From: Planctomycetaceae bacterium | GTDB taxonomy: Bacteria; Planctomycetota; Planctomycetia; Pirellulales; UBA7805 | Reading direction: 5' to 3' | Length of the DNA: 64,000 nt | Assembly: GCA_902630355.1 (NCBI GenBank) | Contig: CACOUL010000002.1 | Coordinates: 59,605 to 123,604, forward strand | Shown: one piece after another, positions 62,774 through 64,000 of the stretch | Numbering within the stretch: position 1 is the stretch's first letter | Layout of the letters: each line of letters begins with the position of its first letter | Program-made: the position numbers and the translations under genes | The notes under the pieces: model-generated | Databases searched by the model: none | Seen by the model: only the letters and a program-made list of their open reading frames with translations | Told to the model about the DNA's origin: nothing

Positions 62774-62863
62774 AGGACAAGTAGGAAAAGTGGGGGCTCT
62801 TTGTGGTACCCGAAAGATATAAAAAACAGGCTGTTTTACGCACCTTTATAAATCAATGGCTGC

Positions 62864-64000
62864 TTATGTGTTTTGGCTGCATCTTCGGTGGCCGAGCAGT
62901 TCGACTTTCAACAGGTCCGCTGCGCGTTCCCCCTCGCCAGCATGAAGTTCCCGCTGGGCCTGCCTGAGAAGTTTCGCTTGAGCATCGGTAAAGGGAACAG
63001 CCTCTTGGGATTGTGGCGTGAAATCGATCATGCGTGATACAATCTGCCGGCAGAGCCGGTCCACACCGCTTGAGGTCGTGGCAATGGTTTCCACTCCCTC
63101 GGGCCGCTCTGTGGAAACCGCATCTGCCAGATCCCATTTGTTGTGGACGATGAGGGTCCGGGGAAATTGCCGCTGCCACCGCTTCTCCTGATCCGTCCAT
63201 CGGCGGGAAGCATCGGAGACGAGTAGGACGAGATCGGCATCAGTGGCTTCGTGGATTGCCAGTCGCATACCCGCCTCCTCCACCGCCTCCGCCTCGGCCC
63301 GCACTCCTGCCGTGTCGACGAGTTCCACCGGCCACCCATCGAGTGCGGTCGTGGCAGCGACCATATCGCGCGTGGTGCCAGGACCGGAGAGAACAATCGA
63401 TCGCTCGTATCCCAATACGGCATTGAGCAGGCTGCTCTTACCCACATTGGGATGACCTACCAGTACCACCCGCCAGCCCGATATCAAATGCGATCCAAAG
63501 CGGGCCTTGGCGAGCAAATGGTCGAGAGATTCTTCCGCTTCGCGATTTTCTCCCTTACCGACATGATCCACGATCCGAACTACCGCTTCGCGAAATGCTC
63601 CCCGCAACTGGTCGTGAAGCACCATCGCCACCTTTGTGGTTTTTGCCCGAGTCAACGCGTTGGTCGCTGCCGCTTCGATCGGATCCGCAGCATGCTCCAT
63701 GATCCAATCTTCCCAGTTCATCAATTGGCATCCTGTCGCAAGCAAAGATTCGATCAACTGCTCGCGGGAAACCAACCCGCCGTGACAATGAATCTCAACC
63801 GCATCACCCGTCAAACGGCTGGCGACGACTTCCTCGCCATCCTCTGCACCCCAGTGGCCAAAGACCAGATCACCGACTTGGCAACGACTCCAGGAAAGGG
63901 AACCGGAAGGCCGTAGAAATTCTCCGACTCGTGCGACCGCACCGTTGCCCTCGAGTCGTAAAGAGGCGAGGGCCGCGTAGCCGCCACCCGAGAGCGGAAT
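62864..64000 (-). CDS. mnmE: tRNA modification GTPase MnmE (TrmE); the N-terminus runs off the right edge
   Basis: My own translation continues in frame upstream of the track start (TTG at 63814): ...GGGYAALASLRLEGNGAVARV...LTGDAVEIHCHGG. The G domain shows GHPNVGKSSLLNA, GTTRD and DTAGVR. Confidence 0.85.
   Translation of the reverse strand: MPLSGGGYAALASLRLEGNGAVARVGEFLRPSGSLSWSRCQVGDLVFGHWGAEDGEEVVASRLTGDAVEIHCHGGLVSREQLIESLLATGCQLMNWEDWIMEHAADPIEAAATNALTRAKTTKVAMVLHDQLRGAFREAVVRIVDHVGKGENREAEESLDHLLAKARFGSHLISGWRVVLVGHPNVGKSSLLNAVLGYERSIVLSGPGTTRDMVAATTALDGWPVELVDTAGVRAEAEAVEEAGMRLAIHEATDADLVLLVSDASRRWTDQEKRWQRQFPRTLIVHNKWDLADAVSTERPEGVETIATTSSGVDRLCRQIVSRMIDFTPQSQEAVPFTDAQAKLLRQAQRELHAGEGERAADLLKVELLGHRRCSQNT

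Noticed and set aside
62864-62920. The MnmE C-terminus ends ...LLGHRRCSQNT instead of the canonical C-(I/L)-G-K tetrapeptide
   Set aside because: It could be a lineage variant with the Cys retained, or a local sequencing or frame issue. I cannot align reliably by eye, so I make no claim.
1-64000. Search for tRNA/rRNA genes, CRISPR arrays, IS elements, integrases, prophage blocks and toxin-antitoxin pairs
   Set aside because: I saw no T-loop/acceptor-stem candidates (GGTTCGA-type hits all lie inside CDSs), no regularly spaced direct repeats, and no transposase, integrase or recombinase ORFs. The only phage-like element is the S74 domain embedded in the Wza-like gene.

Overview
This window looks like a chromosomal segment of a Planctomycetota-type genome. 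The evidence is four prepilin-type DUF1559/H-X9-DG-like proteins, two giant TPR proteins and a eukaryote-like Ser/Thr kinase. GC is roughly 50-55% by eye, with AT-rich islands. About 45 kb (3.1-48.6 kb) is one exosortase-centred polysaccharide super-locus made of five parts. (1) A minus-strand unit holds two tandem paralogous ~1450-aa TPR proteins plus a PPP-family phosphatase. (2) There is a divergent pair of pseudopilin genes. (3) A Wza-like lipoprotein carries a C-terminal phage-type Peptidase-S74 self-cleaving chaperone domain. (4) A plus-strand unit runs exosortase, Wzc-like tyrosine kinase, EpsI, then two pilin-like proteins carrying three Golvesin/Xly-like carbohydrate-binding modules. 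(5) A tightly packed 15-gene minus-strand operon runs 48585 down to 27878. It encodes a priming sugar transferase, deacetylase, Wzm/Wzt, two GT4s, a Wzy/WaaL-like ligase, two AsnB amidotransferases, a heparinase II/III-like protein, an AlgD-like GDP-mannose dehydrogenase, a FemAB-like protein, a beta-helix protein, a membrane GT2 and a sulfotransferase. Immediately right of the locus (49.1-51.5 kb) is a three-gene MNIO (DUF692)/DUF2063 RiPP cassette. Its 9-Cys, bufferin-like precursor has a twin-arginine leader, and a perfect 12-bp hairpin separates the precursor from the enzyme gene. The flanks are housekeeping genes: cysD (partial), rsmG, tadA, parA, ald, der, ung, fxsA and mnmE (partial). 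I found no rRNA, tRNA, CRISPR array, IS element or integrase. All function calls rest on motif recognition in the supplied translations and my own reading of the DNA; no database search was run.
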